Part shown: one piece after another, positions 14,623 to 26,066 of the stretch
How the letters are laid out: each line of letters begins with the position of its first letter
Position numbering within the stretch: the stretch's first letter is position 1
DNA from: Marsupella aquatica
Lineage: Eukaryota; Plantae; Marchantiophyta
Reading direction: 5' to 3'
Length of the DNA stretch: 64,000 bases
NCBI GenBank assembly: GCA_973895155.1
Contig: OZ316898.1
Span: 932,751-996,750 of the forward strand
Program-made: the position numbers and the translations under genes
The notes under the pieces: generated by a model
The model's input: only the letters and a program-made list of their open reading frames with translations
Database searches by the model: none
Told to the model about the DNA's origin: nothing

Positions 14623-16309
14623 AAGGCTCCCTGTGACTGAAGGAACCAACCGAATTATAAACTCACTTCCCAGCAGAAGCGGCAGGCAATTTACAGTAGT
14701 TCGGTCGTACTACACACTGTTGAGACGTGGTGGAAATTTAATACGAATTCGGTAATAGAAACCCAGAGAAGATTCTCGTTTGTGGCGACTGCTGAGGCCA
14801 GATTGATACATTATTGACACTGGGAGGGTACGTTTCCGTATGCTGTCTTCACTCCAGTAGTCCAGTGGAAAGCCAAACTATGGCGATGGCAATATGGCAT
14901 GGTCAGAGCTGTACATTTATTCCCCTCATAAAGCTCCGACTGTTCGTCATTGACAAGTCTACTGTTATAAACACAAAAGACGCCATAGTTCTGAGAGGAC
15001 GATGCTCAGTACCCCGAAACGAATGGTGTCAACTCATCCGATCTACTGTACAGGACTGAAAGTTCATCGGTGTGTTCAGAGGAAAGAGCCCATCGGTCAG
15101 GTAATCTGCCACAAACTTACAGGAAAATATCTTTTCCTGCAACAGCGTACATTCTTTGTCCTAAGAGCCCTGTATGTAACCCAGTAACCCACCCTGTTCC
15201 ATGTGCTCATGTAGTCGCATCGCCATCGCTAACCAGGCCTGTGACCAAACCGACTTGGTCAGAATAGGATGAATTTTGACAATACTGTGTAAAATAAGGT
15301 TCTCCAATACAGTTTCGATAATACTTTCTGGGGCCATTTTCCCCATCACTTCAACTGCCCAATGAGTTTCTCATGTTAGCACCTAACCTTGCAAAAGGGC
15401 TAGAGTAAGCATTGTTTTAGAGTTGATGCCTCAGCAGTCATTTTCATATTTTCGGAGTATAAATATCTGCTAACAACCTTTTTTGGGGAGAATATACTTA
15501 ATAGTGGAGCGTATTTAACATCTGAATTATTATCCCATCGATTGATTGATTTCAATGAGGAGATTGATTGGCCAAGTTTTTTGAAATTATTGATTGGCCA
15601 AACCAATAATTTCTTAAAACTTAATTGGCACAGTAGCTATTCGTTCATTATAGCCATTCGTTCATTATAACTTTTTAAGGTTTACATTTTTAAATTAAAA
15701 AAATTCAAAACTTTTTTGAGTCATCTTGGAAGTGAATCATATGATTGCTGTACCTCTTGTCAGGGAGTGAACGGATGTGAGTGAATTTCTGATACGATGG
15801 ACGGGGGACTTCATGACATTTAACTGGAGAGTACTACATTTCAATCTTGATCCACCCTCTCTTTTTGTTTCACATTGCCTTAAATCAACATTTACTTGAA
15901 GTTCCCTAGCCTTCTTGTGGTTCTGAAAGTTGCCCATCTCGACCTCCAATGCATCCTGCCCGTTTGTCCTTCTATATGTCTGTTGCTATACTACTGTAGT
16001 AGCTTGAAATGGCACACGCCCAATCCGTCCATGATTGGGAAAAACTTGCAGATTGGCTCAAGGTCCCATAGGACAGTAAACCCATTGTTCTGTTATATCA
16101 TTGAATGTCATTTCTTGTGCATATATTGGTGAGCCCTTTCGCGATAGGTCATGTGGCAGACCCATCACCTGGCCGTTGCCATACGCGCAACATATATGGT
16201 TGCTTTTTGACTTGCAATTATTGGGATGCATAGAGATGCTGGAGTGTAGACCATATTACCACCAGCGTCTGGCCACCCCTCTGCCCACTCAGTACAAATA
16301 AACTGAGAT

Positions 16310-16406
16310 GCCTTACCTTGCCATTATTTTAGGCAAAATCACTACTTTGTCACTACTTTGATTATTGATCAAAGTAGTGACAATCTACTTTGATCAACTT
16401 AGCTAG
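16310..16406 (+). mobile_element. Candidate mini-Helitron 3' end / palindromic element
   Basis: Perfect hairpins at 16347-16383 and 16365-16397, followed by CTAG|T at 16403-16407; 5' boundary uncertain. Confidence 0.4.
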
Positions 16407-16829
16407 TTCTAAGCCAGGACTGACCTGATCGAGTTAGTTCCTGCTTGTATCAAAGTCCAAATTGCCTCCCTCTACCCCTTGCTAACAGATGGTCCAGATT
16501 GTATCCTTTACCATCTATATACCTCCTCTAACGGACTCTATATGTTCCATTGTGCCATCTGGTGTGCATAGGGTATTCCAGGAAATAAGGCAAATGAATG
16601 AGAAAATATTATTCTCTTTTGATTTAAAAGTTATGTATTACAAAATTTGAGGTTTCATAAACACTCCAAATTTTTTCAGCCAAGTCAATTGTTTTAATAA
16701 TTATTAGTCTGATTGCGTAAACCCGGATGACACTACTGCTCTCACCTCACTATGTGTACTTCCCATTTCTATATCTACTCCCGGTATCTATTCCTCTTAC
16801 TCTACATACATAATACCCTCAACCATATA

Positions 16830-16965
16830 TATCACACTGCACAAAGGCAAAAAAAGCCGAACCGGGAGACATGATCCCAAAGGCAAAGCAACCCAATGAA
16901 GGGGAGGAAAAGAGGGGAAAGGGCCCCAAGAAAAACAAGCCAAGGGTCCCCAACCAAAAGCCAAT
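16830..16965 (-). repeat. Dispersed repeat related to 11985-12115
   Basis: Same ordered motifs as the 11985 copy. Confidence 0.5.
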
Positions 16966-18347
16966 GAAGGAACAAAAACAAAAAAACCTATAAAGGAGTT
17001 GTGAAGTTTAACACCCTACTAAGCGGAGAAATGAAAGGCCTGATAAAGCTCGTCCCCAAATGTCTGCCCTATGGAGAGGGGGAGTTTAATCAGCAAAATG
17101 TGACAAAGACAATGTATTACATCACTCCATACCATGTTAGACTCAATTATTTTGTTTAAATCACTCAACGTTATCCACAACTAACAATATGTAACTGCAC
17201 ATCAAAATATGACAATAGACAATCTACCCTGTCACTCTATATGTTGTGTCACCTGCTTATCAAACGATTTACACGACAAATACGTATTTACTCCTACTAA
17301 AATCGTTTGTTATCGTATGACGGGAACGTGGAGGGACGCTATTAGGATTCTATTGCATGTAGGATGAGTATGTTTATTTCCGCTTCCGGAAATGTAATTT
17401 TTGATCAAGTCTACCGACTAGCTGCCCTACTTTTGATCAAGTCCCATGGACTACGCCACACACACACTCCTACTGGTCGTCGGTGGAGTGTTGTCACCAC
17501 CCCTCCCTACTCACATGGTTGACCAAACCGTGCAAGGATTCCTTAGACGTTTCTTGGGGAAAGAACACAATCGGGAACCAGAAAAGGTAACACCACACCA
17601 AAACTTGAGGAATCAAACCAAATCCATATCTTTTGGCAAAACGTCGTAACACATTGCAAGGACAACCCGGCCTCTTGCCGTCTGCCCAACTACTGCCTCA
17701 CAGGGGCAAGTGCTACACCTCTACCTCACTACTCTGGCTTGATTCCCTCTTCTGGCTATGAGCTAACTTCCCTAAGCAAACACTAGACTGAGTTCCCCCC
17801 GAACTACTTCGGGGCTCTCCCCCTAAATACCAAAAAAACCACACCAAAGCACCCCTCATGGGGTCACAACGATGGCGGCTACCCTAGCGGCGCCGCTAAA
17901 ACCCTGCACTAAGAAATCCCTAAACTAAAAAGGCATGCGGCACACACATGCTGCTAAAACCCTAAACCCTAAACAAGGGGTCGACGGTGCCTTCGACGGC
18001 GCCCCAACTGTACTCCGTGAACCCTGAAATTGCAAGGCACCCCACAATGGCTGAAACTAGGTGCCCTATCAACTGTACTTTTGAGCTCACCCTTGGATAG
18101 CCCTTCTCCTCCTGATCCCGAATCACTCAGCCGCACTCGCAACGGACATCGGACGCCTGAGTTATGGTCGTTTCCGTATCGCAAAAACACAATTTCGTCG
18201 GGCCATAACTTGCTCATCCTGGCTCCGTTTGAGGAGCGCTGCCTTTTGTTGGAATCAGCTCCGCGAGCTCTTTCCAACAAGCCCGTGAGTGACCCCTCAA
18301 AAAAAGTTGGAAATCCAGAGGCCGTACAACCACATCTGTACGACTAT

Positions 18348-20201
18348 CTACTCCTCCTCTTCTTCACTCTCGGTGCCCTGGCTTGTGCCCCGTGAGTGGG
18401 CCTCCTCTTCATCACTCACGGGAGTGAGTGCCACCTCACTTTTCTTCTTCTTTACCGGGGTACTCTTCGTGCTGCCGCTCCCTTGCTTCCTCAAAGTGGC
18501 CAAGGCCTGCCACGCCTTGATGTACCCCTCACCAATGGTGTCCTTCCATAGGGTAGCCTCTTCTCCGGACCGCAACTCCAACGGTAGAACTTGCCCTATG
18601 GCCATGGGAGTCCCGGGGGTGACAGACCTGGGTGGCATCCCCGTACTGACCTGAGCCTCCCGTAACGATTTCCGTACCTCCCGGAGCTTCTTCTCCAAGC
18701 CCTTGCTCTTCTCCTGACTCTTCTTGGCTCCATCCAACAAGGGCCCATACTTCCCACTAACCTCCTTCACCACCATCTCAATAGCCTAGGAGATCAAATC
18801 CGGGGAAAGTGTGGAGCTAGGTGTGCCGGGGCTCTTCCGTTTTCCCAGACTCAAGGCCTCACTCCTCTTTGCTCGTGTCTCAAAGGCGGCCACCTGACTC
18901 CGTAGTGCTCCCACCTGGTTTCTCCACTCCACCACTTCTCCAGAATTCTGCTTCTCTTTGGCCAATGCTTGTCTCAACGCTCCCACCTCTTCTGCTTCCT
19001 TGGCCTTGGTGGACAAGGCTCCCTTCAAGTTGGAGATCCCTACATGAGCTGCTTGGAGAAGCTTAACCTTCTCATGAATGGTCCCCTCCTTGGCCTTGAT
19101 CACCTCCTTCAGAGACAGGGTACTCTGCTCTAATGTCTCTACTCTGGCTGAGGCGTGCTTGAGAGAATCTCTTAATGCGTGGATTAGCTTGAGTGCCTCA
19201 TGGACTCCCTCTCTGAAATCCCGTAGCTCTGCCAAGTAAACATCCGGAATGTTGTAGACCAGGGGCTTTTTCAGATCTCCCACGAGTGATTCAAGCCACT
19301 CCAACGTGTAGTCCTCATCCTGGTTTTCTTCTCCTCTATCTTCATCCCCACCGGCCGACGATGATTCCTCCGTGAGCTTCCCTATAATGGTAGTGGCAAT
19401 ACTCCGGATCTCCGTGGTGAGAGATGATCCCGTGTCTTCCTGTCCCGGGGAACCAATCAACCCTTCTGCCCTGGCCAATACAAATGACCCCATCAAATGT
19501 ACAGCCCCACCTGGTTTCACACTCCCGGGATCAGTGGCCAACAACTTCTTCAACCCGTAGCACCACCATCCGTACACATGGGCTAGGTGGTTCTTGATGT
19601 CCATAGCTACCACAAAATGCTCTTCATTCACCACCCCGGATTGCACGTTGCCAAGGACCCGTTGATGAACCTTGGCCAGGAATCCCTTATATTCAACATC
19701 CTTGACAGCGGAAAGAGGGATGGCAGTGGTGGAGGTGGGATTAATCACCCAAGTGGCCACCATCTTCAACGTGAGTTCTCCCCTAATGTGCCGAGGTGTG
19801 AATGAGAATTTCTGATTCTCCAGAAACAGCAGCCTAGCCAACTCCACATGGGGCACTACACGTTTGAGACATTCAAAGTAGATTCCCTCCGTTCGTAACT
19901 CCATCCCGACCTCAATGTCCCAGCTCTTCCCCGGGGGGATGGTAATCTCCACCTTCATGAATTCTGTAACCCCGGTGGTTTGGAAAATATTCCGACAATC
20001 CTCCATCGCCTTGGCGGAGGTCTTGGGATAAATTTGACGAAAAATCCTCCTACCCACCGGCGTGGAACCTGCTGCCAATCCCGTGCTCATCGTAGCTTCT
20101 CTCTCTTCTCTCTCCCTTGCAATCAAAGTCTCCACGTAATCACGGTAAGCAACCTTGTATCTCCGAATGCGTGCCACATTAAACTCCGGTTGATCTAGCA
20201 T
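18348..20201 (-). pseudogene. TE-borne ~617-aa protein of unknown family with a coiled-coil C-terminal half and basic NLS-like motifs; one in-frame TAG
   Basis: ORFs 18786-20201 (471 aa) and 18348-18776 (142 aa) are in the same frame, separated by TAG at 18786-18788 (possible CAG>TAG); GKRKSP and PVKKKK motifs; alternative start ATG 20090. Confidence 0.75.
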
Positions 20202-20744
20202 TCATGCATCCCGAAATCAAATCCTCAATCACCAAATCCCGTCACCCGTAGCAATGTCAATCCCCTGGCCCAAAACAGCCCCCGCATCCCGATCAATCGA
20301 TTACTCTCAATTCCCCCAGAAGCCACTCCGTGCTGCTGCCGCTAATGCCCGGAAGAATCAGGCCACCAAGCCCCACCAATCTACCATGAGAGAGAGCTTC
20401 AAAAATAATTAGAAGGTGGGGAGAGCTTTCGGCAAGGTGTTGGGAGAGAGCTTCGAGTTTTGCTTTCGGCAAGGAGAGGGTCGTGCAAAAGAGGGAGAAA
20501 AGAAGGGAAGAAAAAAACAAAAAAATCCCCCCGACACCTCCTTTCGCCTTGCGCCCCGGTGCCCTCTTTTGCCTGGCTCGCGGGAGCCCTCCTTTCGCCT
20601 GGCTAGCGGGAGCCCTAAATGCCCTGGGCACGCAGCCCTATGGGCTCGCCCTGGCCACCTGCCATCTCCCCCCTTCTCGCGGGAGTCCCCGTTGCGCTCT
20701 CGCCCCGATGCCCCCCTGCGCCTCACTCGCGGGAGCACTTAGTG

Positions 20745-21222
20745 CTCGGCTACTCGCGGCTCCAGCAAACGGGGGATTTAATTTCCCCCGACAGCCCTCT
20801 TTCGCCTCGCGGCCACCCCCGTTCTCGGGCTCACGGGAGGGTTTTAATACCCCCCTCCTTTTCTCCTCTGCCATGGCCCCCGTAGCGCCTCGCCCCGGCT
20901 GCCCTTACTCAGCCTGGGGATCACACATGGCGGCTCTAGGGCTGCCCCTTATGGGCCCCTAAGTGCTCGCCCCGTCCAGGCCATCTCAAGGGGCCTTTAA
21001 CCCCCCTTCCGCGACCTTCCTGATCACTGGCCTCCCGCTAGTACTCGCGGTGCCCCTTAAGGGGGAATTTTAATTTCCCCCCCACACCTCGGCGCCTCGC
21101 TTCCTTCAGCTCGCGGGGCTCCTAAAACGGGGGATTTAATCCCCCCCTTCCTTCTCCTGAACGTGGCCCTATGCAGGGCTTGCGACAGCCTCCTCCATGT
21201 CCAGCCCGGCTCCGGCTGCCCA
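20745..21222. repeat. GC-rich ~290-bp diverged duplication with five GGGGG-AT-rich-CCCCC palindromes
   Basis: Palindromes at 20771-20789, 20835-20855, 20990-21006, 21061-21083 and 21129-21147. Confidence 0.8.
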
Positions 21223-21729
21223 TAAAAAAACTTCCCCCTAATCACACTGCCGGGGTCACCTCTACTCAAAAACTTCCTTGCTCCCGGTCCTGTTTTATTT
21301 CTTCTTCCCACCAACCTTGCTATTGAGTTCTCTAAAAATGGCCATAAAATAATGGGGAGTCCCCCAAAGGCAGGGCCCTCCGCCCAACATAATTGCAGAA
21401 CAATTAGGGGATAAAAATAAATACAGTTCTTCGGTCACAGGTGATAGAATTAACTTTAAAAAAATTGAAAAAATGTTTATTTACAATGGTTATTTACACT
21501 GCGCAACACTCCGCGACCAAGTTATTCGTGATTTTGAGTGACGGGGTCCCCGTCACATGTTGATAAATTCAAATATTTGTTTAAATCACAAAGTCGTATT
21601 CATACTACACCATACACTATCACATTATGATGTGGAATTACAAGGAGGCATCCTATAATTATGGACAATGGAGAACAATCTGAACTGTTATTAAAACAAC
21701 TAACCTTCAACAACTAACAAAAAAATGTT

Positions 21730-21990
21730 ACTTGATGGACTCCATTAGTGATCTAGACTCTTGATAGACCCTAAATGAAACTCAAAAATATTATGGATCC
21801 ATCTAGTCACACTTTTCATTTTGGAGGACTTCATGAGTGATCCAGGAGTTGATAAACCTCAAATCAATGCACTCAATATCTCATGGGTCCATCTAGTCAC
21901 ACTTTTCTTTGTGGAGATATAAAGTAGCCTGGATCCATGTAGTCACACTTTTCATTTTGGTGTCTACGAAGTATATCTTTGTGGAGATTA
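21730..21990. repeat. Degenerate tandem repeat cluster
   Basis: gg(a/g)tccat(c/g)tagtcacacttttc occurs three times (~21795, ~21885, ~21931). Confidence 0.8.
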
Positions 21991-22921
21991 AAAAAGAGGC
22001 ATTTAAAAAAATCTTACTAATGAAGAGCCATGAAATATTATTTTTGAGGGATACCCATGACTTTAAAGTAACAGTTTAAAGTGCATAATAATTTAAAGTG
22101 CATACAGGGATGAGAGCAACGATGGAAAATAACTACTGTAGTGATTGTTGCTATCTGTATTTATACTCAAAGAATAGATAACGGGGTTAATAATTCCCCA
22201 AGAAAAATTATCTGAAGGACTATGGTCTAGAGTGAAACCTTTCACTTCTACTGTAGACCGTAACTCATACAAAATTGATAATGATTATTTCTTAAAAGAC
22301 AAGACAAAAAACAAGGATGGAGCAAAATAACAAAAGTGATATTGACTGTAACTAAAGACCCAAACGAGAATGGACAAAAAAACCAGGATAGGACAAAGAT
22401 GAACCAAAATAGCATTACATGTTTTTTATGCAAGCATTTTATTCTGGTAATGGGATAGTATATATACATACACTAGTATATATATATCCATACTATTATA
22501 TACACTACAATATACTATACTATACCATATATAAATAAAATAGCAAGAGTGGCAAGGTAATAATTTTGCAAAGGCAAGTACCAAATCTGGGTACCCGGGA
22601 ATCGAGAGGATCCGCATCCGGCCAAATATAGGAGACTTGTGAAACGTGAGTGGAGGGGAGGGGAGGGGGAGAGGAGTGGGAGCTGAGGCGCATGGAATTG
22701 TGGACCCAGTAGTCCAGTAGTCCAGTACCACTACTACACACGGTAGAAAGAGGGCACAGGTTCTCTCACTCGCTCTGATTACTGGCACAGCAAAGAGCTC
22801 TGCGTTTCGATGAGCGATCGAGGCGAAAGAGCAATTTTGGGTCCGAATCAGATTCGACGAGTGTGTGTCAGTGCACCTCTTCCTCGTCGTCATGGTGCTG
22901 TTGGCTCTGCGAAAGAAAGGG

Positions 22922-22956
22922 CTCATCTCATCCCATCTCATCTCATCTCATCTCAG
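22922..22956. repeat. (TCTCA)n microsatellite in the probable MAKR promoter/5' leader
   Basis: ctcatctcatcccatctcatctcatctcatctca. Confidence 0.85.
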
Positions 22957-24458
22957 TATCTCACAGTATCGCAGTCTGCCGGTTCGTTCATGGTCCAGCC
23001 TCTCATAAAAATAGTCTGCTCAGCTGTCTCGTCGCATCAGTTGTCTGTCTGTCGGATCTGCCACACTTCCCGTGCCCGCGTGCCGAGAAGGAGGGGCATT
23101 CCATTCGACTTATCACGGTTCTCTACGCCTCTCTCTCATTCGCCATCGCCTCTCAGCCCCCACCCTCGAAGTGAGGTCGTCCGGTAGGTTTGGGAAATGG
23201 TACCTAACTACCTGTGAGAATCCAATCAAGGGCTCCTGTTTTGGGAGTGTGTGCCGGATGCGATGAGACGGAGTGACTGACGGACGCCAGTAAATAGTCC
23301 GGGATTAGCATTGGGAAGGCCTTGTGATGTGGGGAATTCTGTCTCGATTTGTGGACCTTCTAACAGCAGCTGTGGTTGTCGTAGCTTGAAGGCAGAGTTA
23401 TCCTCCGCTCTTTCCGCGTCCTGTGCTGTCTTCAAAAGTGTTTTCTTGCCACGGGTGTTGTCGCTGTAGCCTGTGGACTCATCCCACCGGGCCATCTCTA
23501 TAGAGTGCCATTCCATAGCCCTCACTCACTACGTCGCCGTTCTCATGAAGTGAATTCCTCCCTAGTCTCCTCGTTCTCTTGCAGTGTCTAGTAGTAGACC
23601 TGCAACGCAGTTATGGTCTCAGTTTGAAATCCTCCCTGATGACTGTGATCAACTTGACGAAGACTTGTCTCCCGCCCGTGTCCTGCAATTTGCGATAGAG
23701 CGTCTAAGATTTTTCCGTATCGTAAACATCGATTACTCACATTATCGATCATACTCGTTCGCTCGTTCAGTTGCTTTCCTCACGTTTCTCGTGTGGCCTC
23801 AATGTACCCTACAGCCTGGGCCGATGGTGTCAACCACTGTGAAGTCTCCTTTCTTCACTCGGTTGCAACATTTCCTTGCGACCACCTTGCCTCCCACCTG
23901 CGAATCATTATGAGAGCTAGTTACCTGGAATTCTCCACAGCTATTGGCTGAACCAGCTACATGGTCCGATTTGGATGTCGATCACATCTATTTAGCAGAA
24001 GTTTTGATTAGGTAGCGCCGTTCGTTGGTGTGGGTACGATTGGAGCAATCTCCTCGTGCCACAGCCGAAGTATTTTGTGAAACGAGGTGCGAAGGACTGC
24101 GGTCGTGGACGTCGTGGAAATTGAGGGGTTATATTGATGTGGGTTTTCGTTTTCATATCCAGGAAGCGCGACAGCGCTCAAGCATTTGATAGTAGGATAT
24201 GCAGAGCTGTATCACGGGTTTGGGGATTGTGCGAGGTGGAATGCATGCAAGCCAGAATTTAGAGGATTTTTGCACAGATAGATAGATTGCGGAGGGCGTG
24301 CACTGTCCCGGTCGCCACTTCAGGACATTGTGGACGCGTCATTGAAAGTTTGCAGTAAGATCAAACGCGGACCAAGTCTACAGGCACGTCCTCTCGGTGC
24401 ATTTTTTGAGGCTTTGAAGGACCATGGGGGGACAATAGGAGATCAAAGTTAACACAAA

Positions 24459-26066
24459 ATGCAGAGTGCAGGCGAGATGGATTGGGATGAGGAGCGGACC
24501 GAAGCAGCTGGCCCCAGGACGTTGGACCAGCAGGAAGAGTTTGTAGCTGTGAGCACCTTAGCGGCGAAGCTTACTTCCGGTGGGAGAAGTCCGGAATACC
24601 ATTCGGCCCGCGACATGTACCTCGATTTGGATGAAGCGTTACCAATGCATTGGGAGAGCCTGATGGGGAAAGGGCAACACAAGCTTTCCAGATCCACCGA
24701 CTCCTCTGAATTCGAGTTCAGCATGTCCGGAGCGGCTGTTGATCCTCTTGACCCAGCCGTTTCCGCCGATGGAATCTCACCAGCCGATGACCTGTTTTAC
24801 AAAGGCCAACTCCTCCCTTTGCATCTTCCGAAACGACTACAAATGGTGCAGAAGTTGTCCTCTCCGAAGCATTTGGATAAGGACGATTCGGTCACAGTCT
24901 CTTGCTTTTTCCAGCCCGGGAGCCTGAAGTATGCTCCGGGGGACGATGGTCATCTCAGCTCCGCGCTCGTCAATTCCAGGAGCTCCAGCTTTCATTCGCA
25001 GGGCAGCAACAATTTCTGGGATTCTGATTCTCCAATTGAGTTAGACTCAGGAGACAGCAGCTCGTCTCGAGACTCATCTGGCAGTTCTAATGACTCCGTT
25101 AACGTCCCCGAAAAGCAGTCCCTCCCCAAGTTCAATGACCACATTGCCTTTCAGAAGGAGGGAGCTCTCTTCCAACAGCGAGACTATTTGGAGTGCCACA
25201 ACCACTTCCGTCAATTTGAAAGGCCTCAGTTTCCATCCTGGCTAAGGACACCGTTCAAGTGGAAGCAATTTTTTGGGTCGAAGAAGCCACCGAGGTCGTC
25301 GTCGTCCGGAGATGTTGGGTCAGGAGAGTCTAGTAAGGGAAGCAAGACCTCCTCCTCTCCTGCTAGCTTGTCAAGCTATATTCATCCTCCGCCTGGTGGT
25401 AACACAAACGTGAAATCTGCGAGGGGCACGTACTATAGCGCCGAGATGAGGATTGGAGGCAATAACGAAGGGCTCTTCCCCTACGTGGATGAGCATAACC
25501 GAGGCGGCATCTTATTCCCAGGTGAGGGCAGTGCTCGAATCGATGGTGATGGGTCTGCGTCCTCCAAGTCCCGGGAAAGCCTTCACAAGTACTTCAACAT
25601 GCTCAAACTGTCCGTGAAAGCAGCAGCATCGTCGGGAATGGTTCCTTCGAAGTCAGGCCAATCTGCAGTAGACTCCAGCACGAGGATGCTCGACGTCAGC
25701 GCCAGATCCTCCTTCTCCGGGGATCTAACCCCCACCTCATCTCCTCAGCAGCCGTCATCCATCAAAGCAGCATTTCCGAAGGCGTCTAAGAAGCCCACCG
25801 TCTTGGAGCCAAAGCCTTCCTCCTCTCAACAGGAGAAGCCGAGGAGTAGGAGTCCCTCACCATTCTCTTTTTCTGGTAATTTACGAGTGCCGTCATTCTC
25901 TCGGGCCTCCAAAACGTCCCCCACTGTCGGCATTATCTCTACATCTGCGTCCCCACACCACAGTGGGCTACTCAATCACAGCCCCAGCGCTATGGCCGAG
26001 CTGCACAATGCCGTTCAAGGAGCAATAGCCCATTGTAAGCAATCCCAGGACGTTAGTACTAGATAG
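24459..26066 (+). CDS. MAKR: BKI1/MAKR family membrane-associated kinase regulator (535 aa, intronless CDS)
   Basis: N-terminal EFEF...SPADDLFYKGQLLPLHLP motif, Ser-rich middle, YFNMLK motif and C-terminal ELHNAVQGAIAHCKQS, all typical of BKI1/MAKR proteins. Confidence 0.92.
   Translation: MQSAGEMDWDEERTEAAGPRTLDQQEEFVAVSTLAAKLTSGGRSPEYHSARDMYLDLDEALPMHWESLMGKGQHKLSRSTDSSEFEFSMSGAAVDPLDPAVSADGISPADDLFYKGQLLPLHLPKRLQMVQKLSSPKHLDKDDSVTVSCFFQPGSLKYAPGDDGHLSSALVNSRSSSFHSQGSNNFWDSDSPIELDSGDSSSSRDSSGSSNDSVNVPEKQSLPKFNDHIAFQKEGALFQQRDYLECHNHFRQFERPQFPSWLRTPFKWKQFFGSKKPPRSSSSGDVGSGESSKGSKTSSSPASLSSYIHPPPGGNTNVKSARGTYYSAEMRIGGNNEGLFPYVDEHNRGGILFPGEGSARIDGDGSASSKSRESLHKYFNMLKLSVKAAASSGMVPSKSGQSAVDSSTRMLDVSARSSFSGDLTPTSSPQQPSSIKAAFPKASKKPTVLEPKPSSSQQEKPRSRSPSPFSFSGNLRVPSFSRASKTSPTVGIISTSASPHHSGLLNHSPSAMAELHNAVQGAIAHCKQSQDVSTR

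Larger units (their letters stand above)
17247..21557. mobile_element. 4.3-kb solo-LTR-like element (Ty3/gypsy-type termini) carrying an orphan ORF
   Basis: Starts TGTCAC (17247) and ends GTCACA (21557); 5-bp TSD TGTTG at 17242-17246 and 21558-21562; no second LTR and no gag/pol seen; joining the flanks restores a local duplication (atgtt...ttgtttaaatcac). Confidence 0.75.

Noticed and set aside
1193-16301. Numerous 60-134-aa ORFs in the first 16 kb
   Set aside because: No recognisable domains or consistent exon chains; no conserved plant miRNA, rRNA or snRNA sequence recognised either
17073-17105. PPT-like ggagagggggag plus TGTGACA (17099) as the left end of the 4.3-kb element
   Set aside because: No matching TSD at this position, whereas 17247 gives an exact TGTTG duplication
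18786-18788. Programmed stop-codon readthrough
   Set aside because: Context TAG-GCTATT is not the CARYYA readthrough signal; CAG>TAG decay, as in the copia element, is simpler
20202-20387. In-frame upstream ATG (20387) extending the TE ORF by 62 codons if all six stops were C>T derived or edited
   Set aside because: Six stops in 62 codons is no fewer than expected in non-coding DNA and contrasts with one stop in the next 617 codons; more likely 5' UTR
20293-21314. Many overlapping 78-159-aa ORFs
   Set aside because: Expected in GC-rich repetitive sequence; low-complexity Arg/Gly/Pro translations
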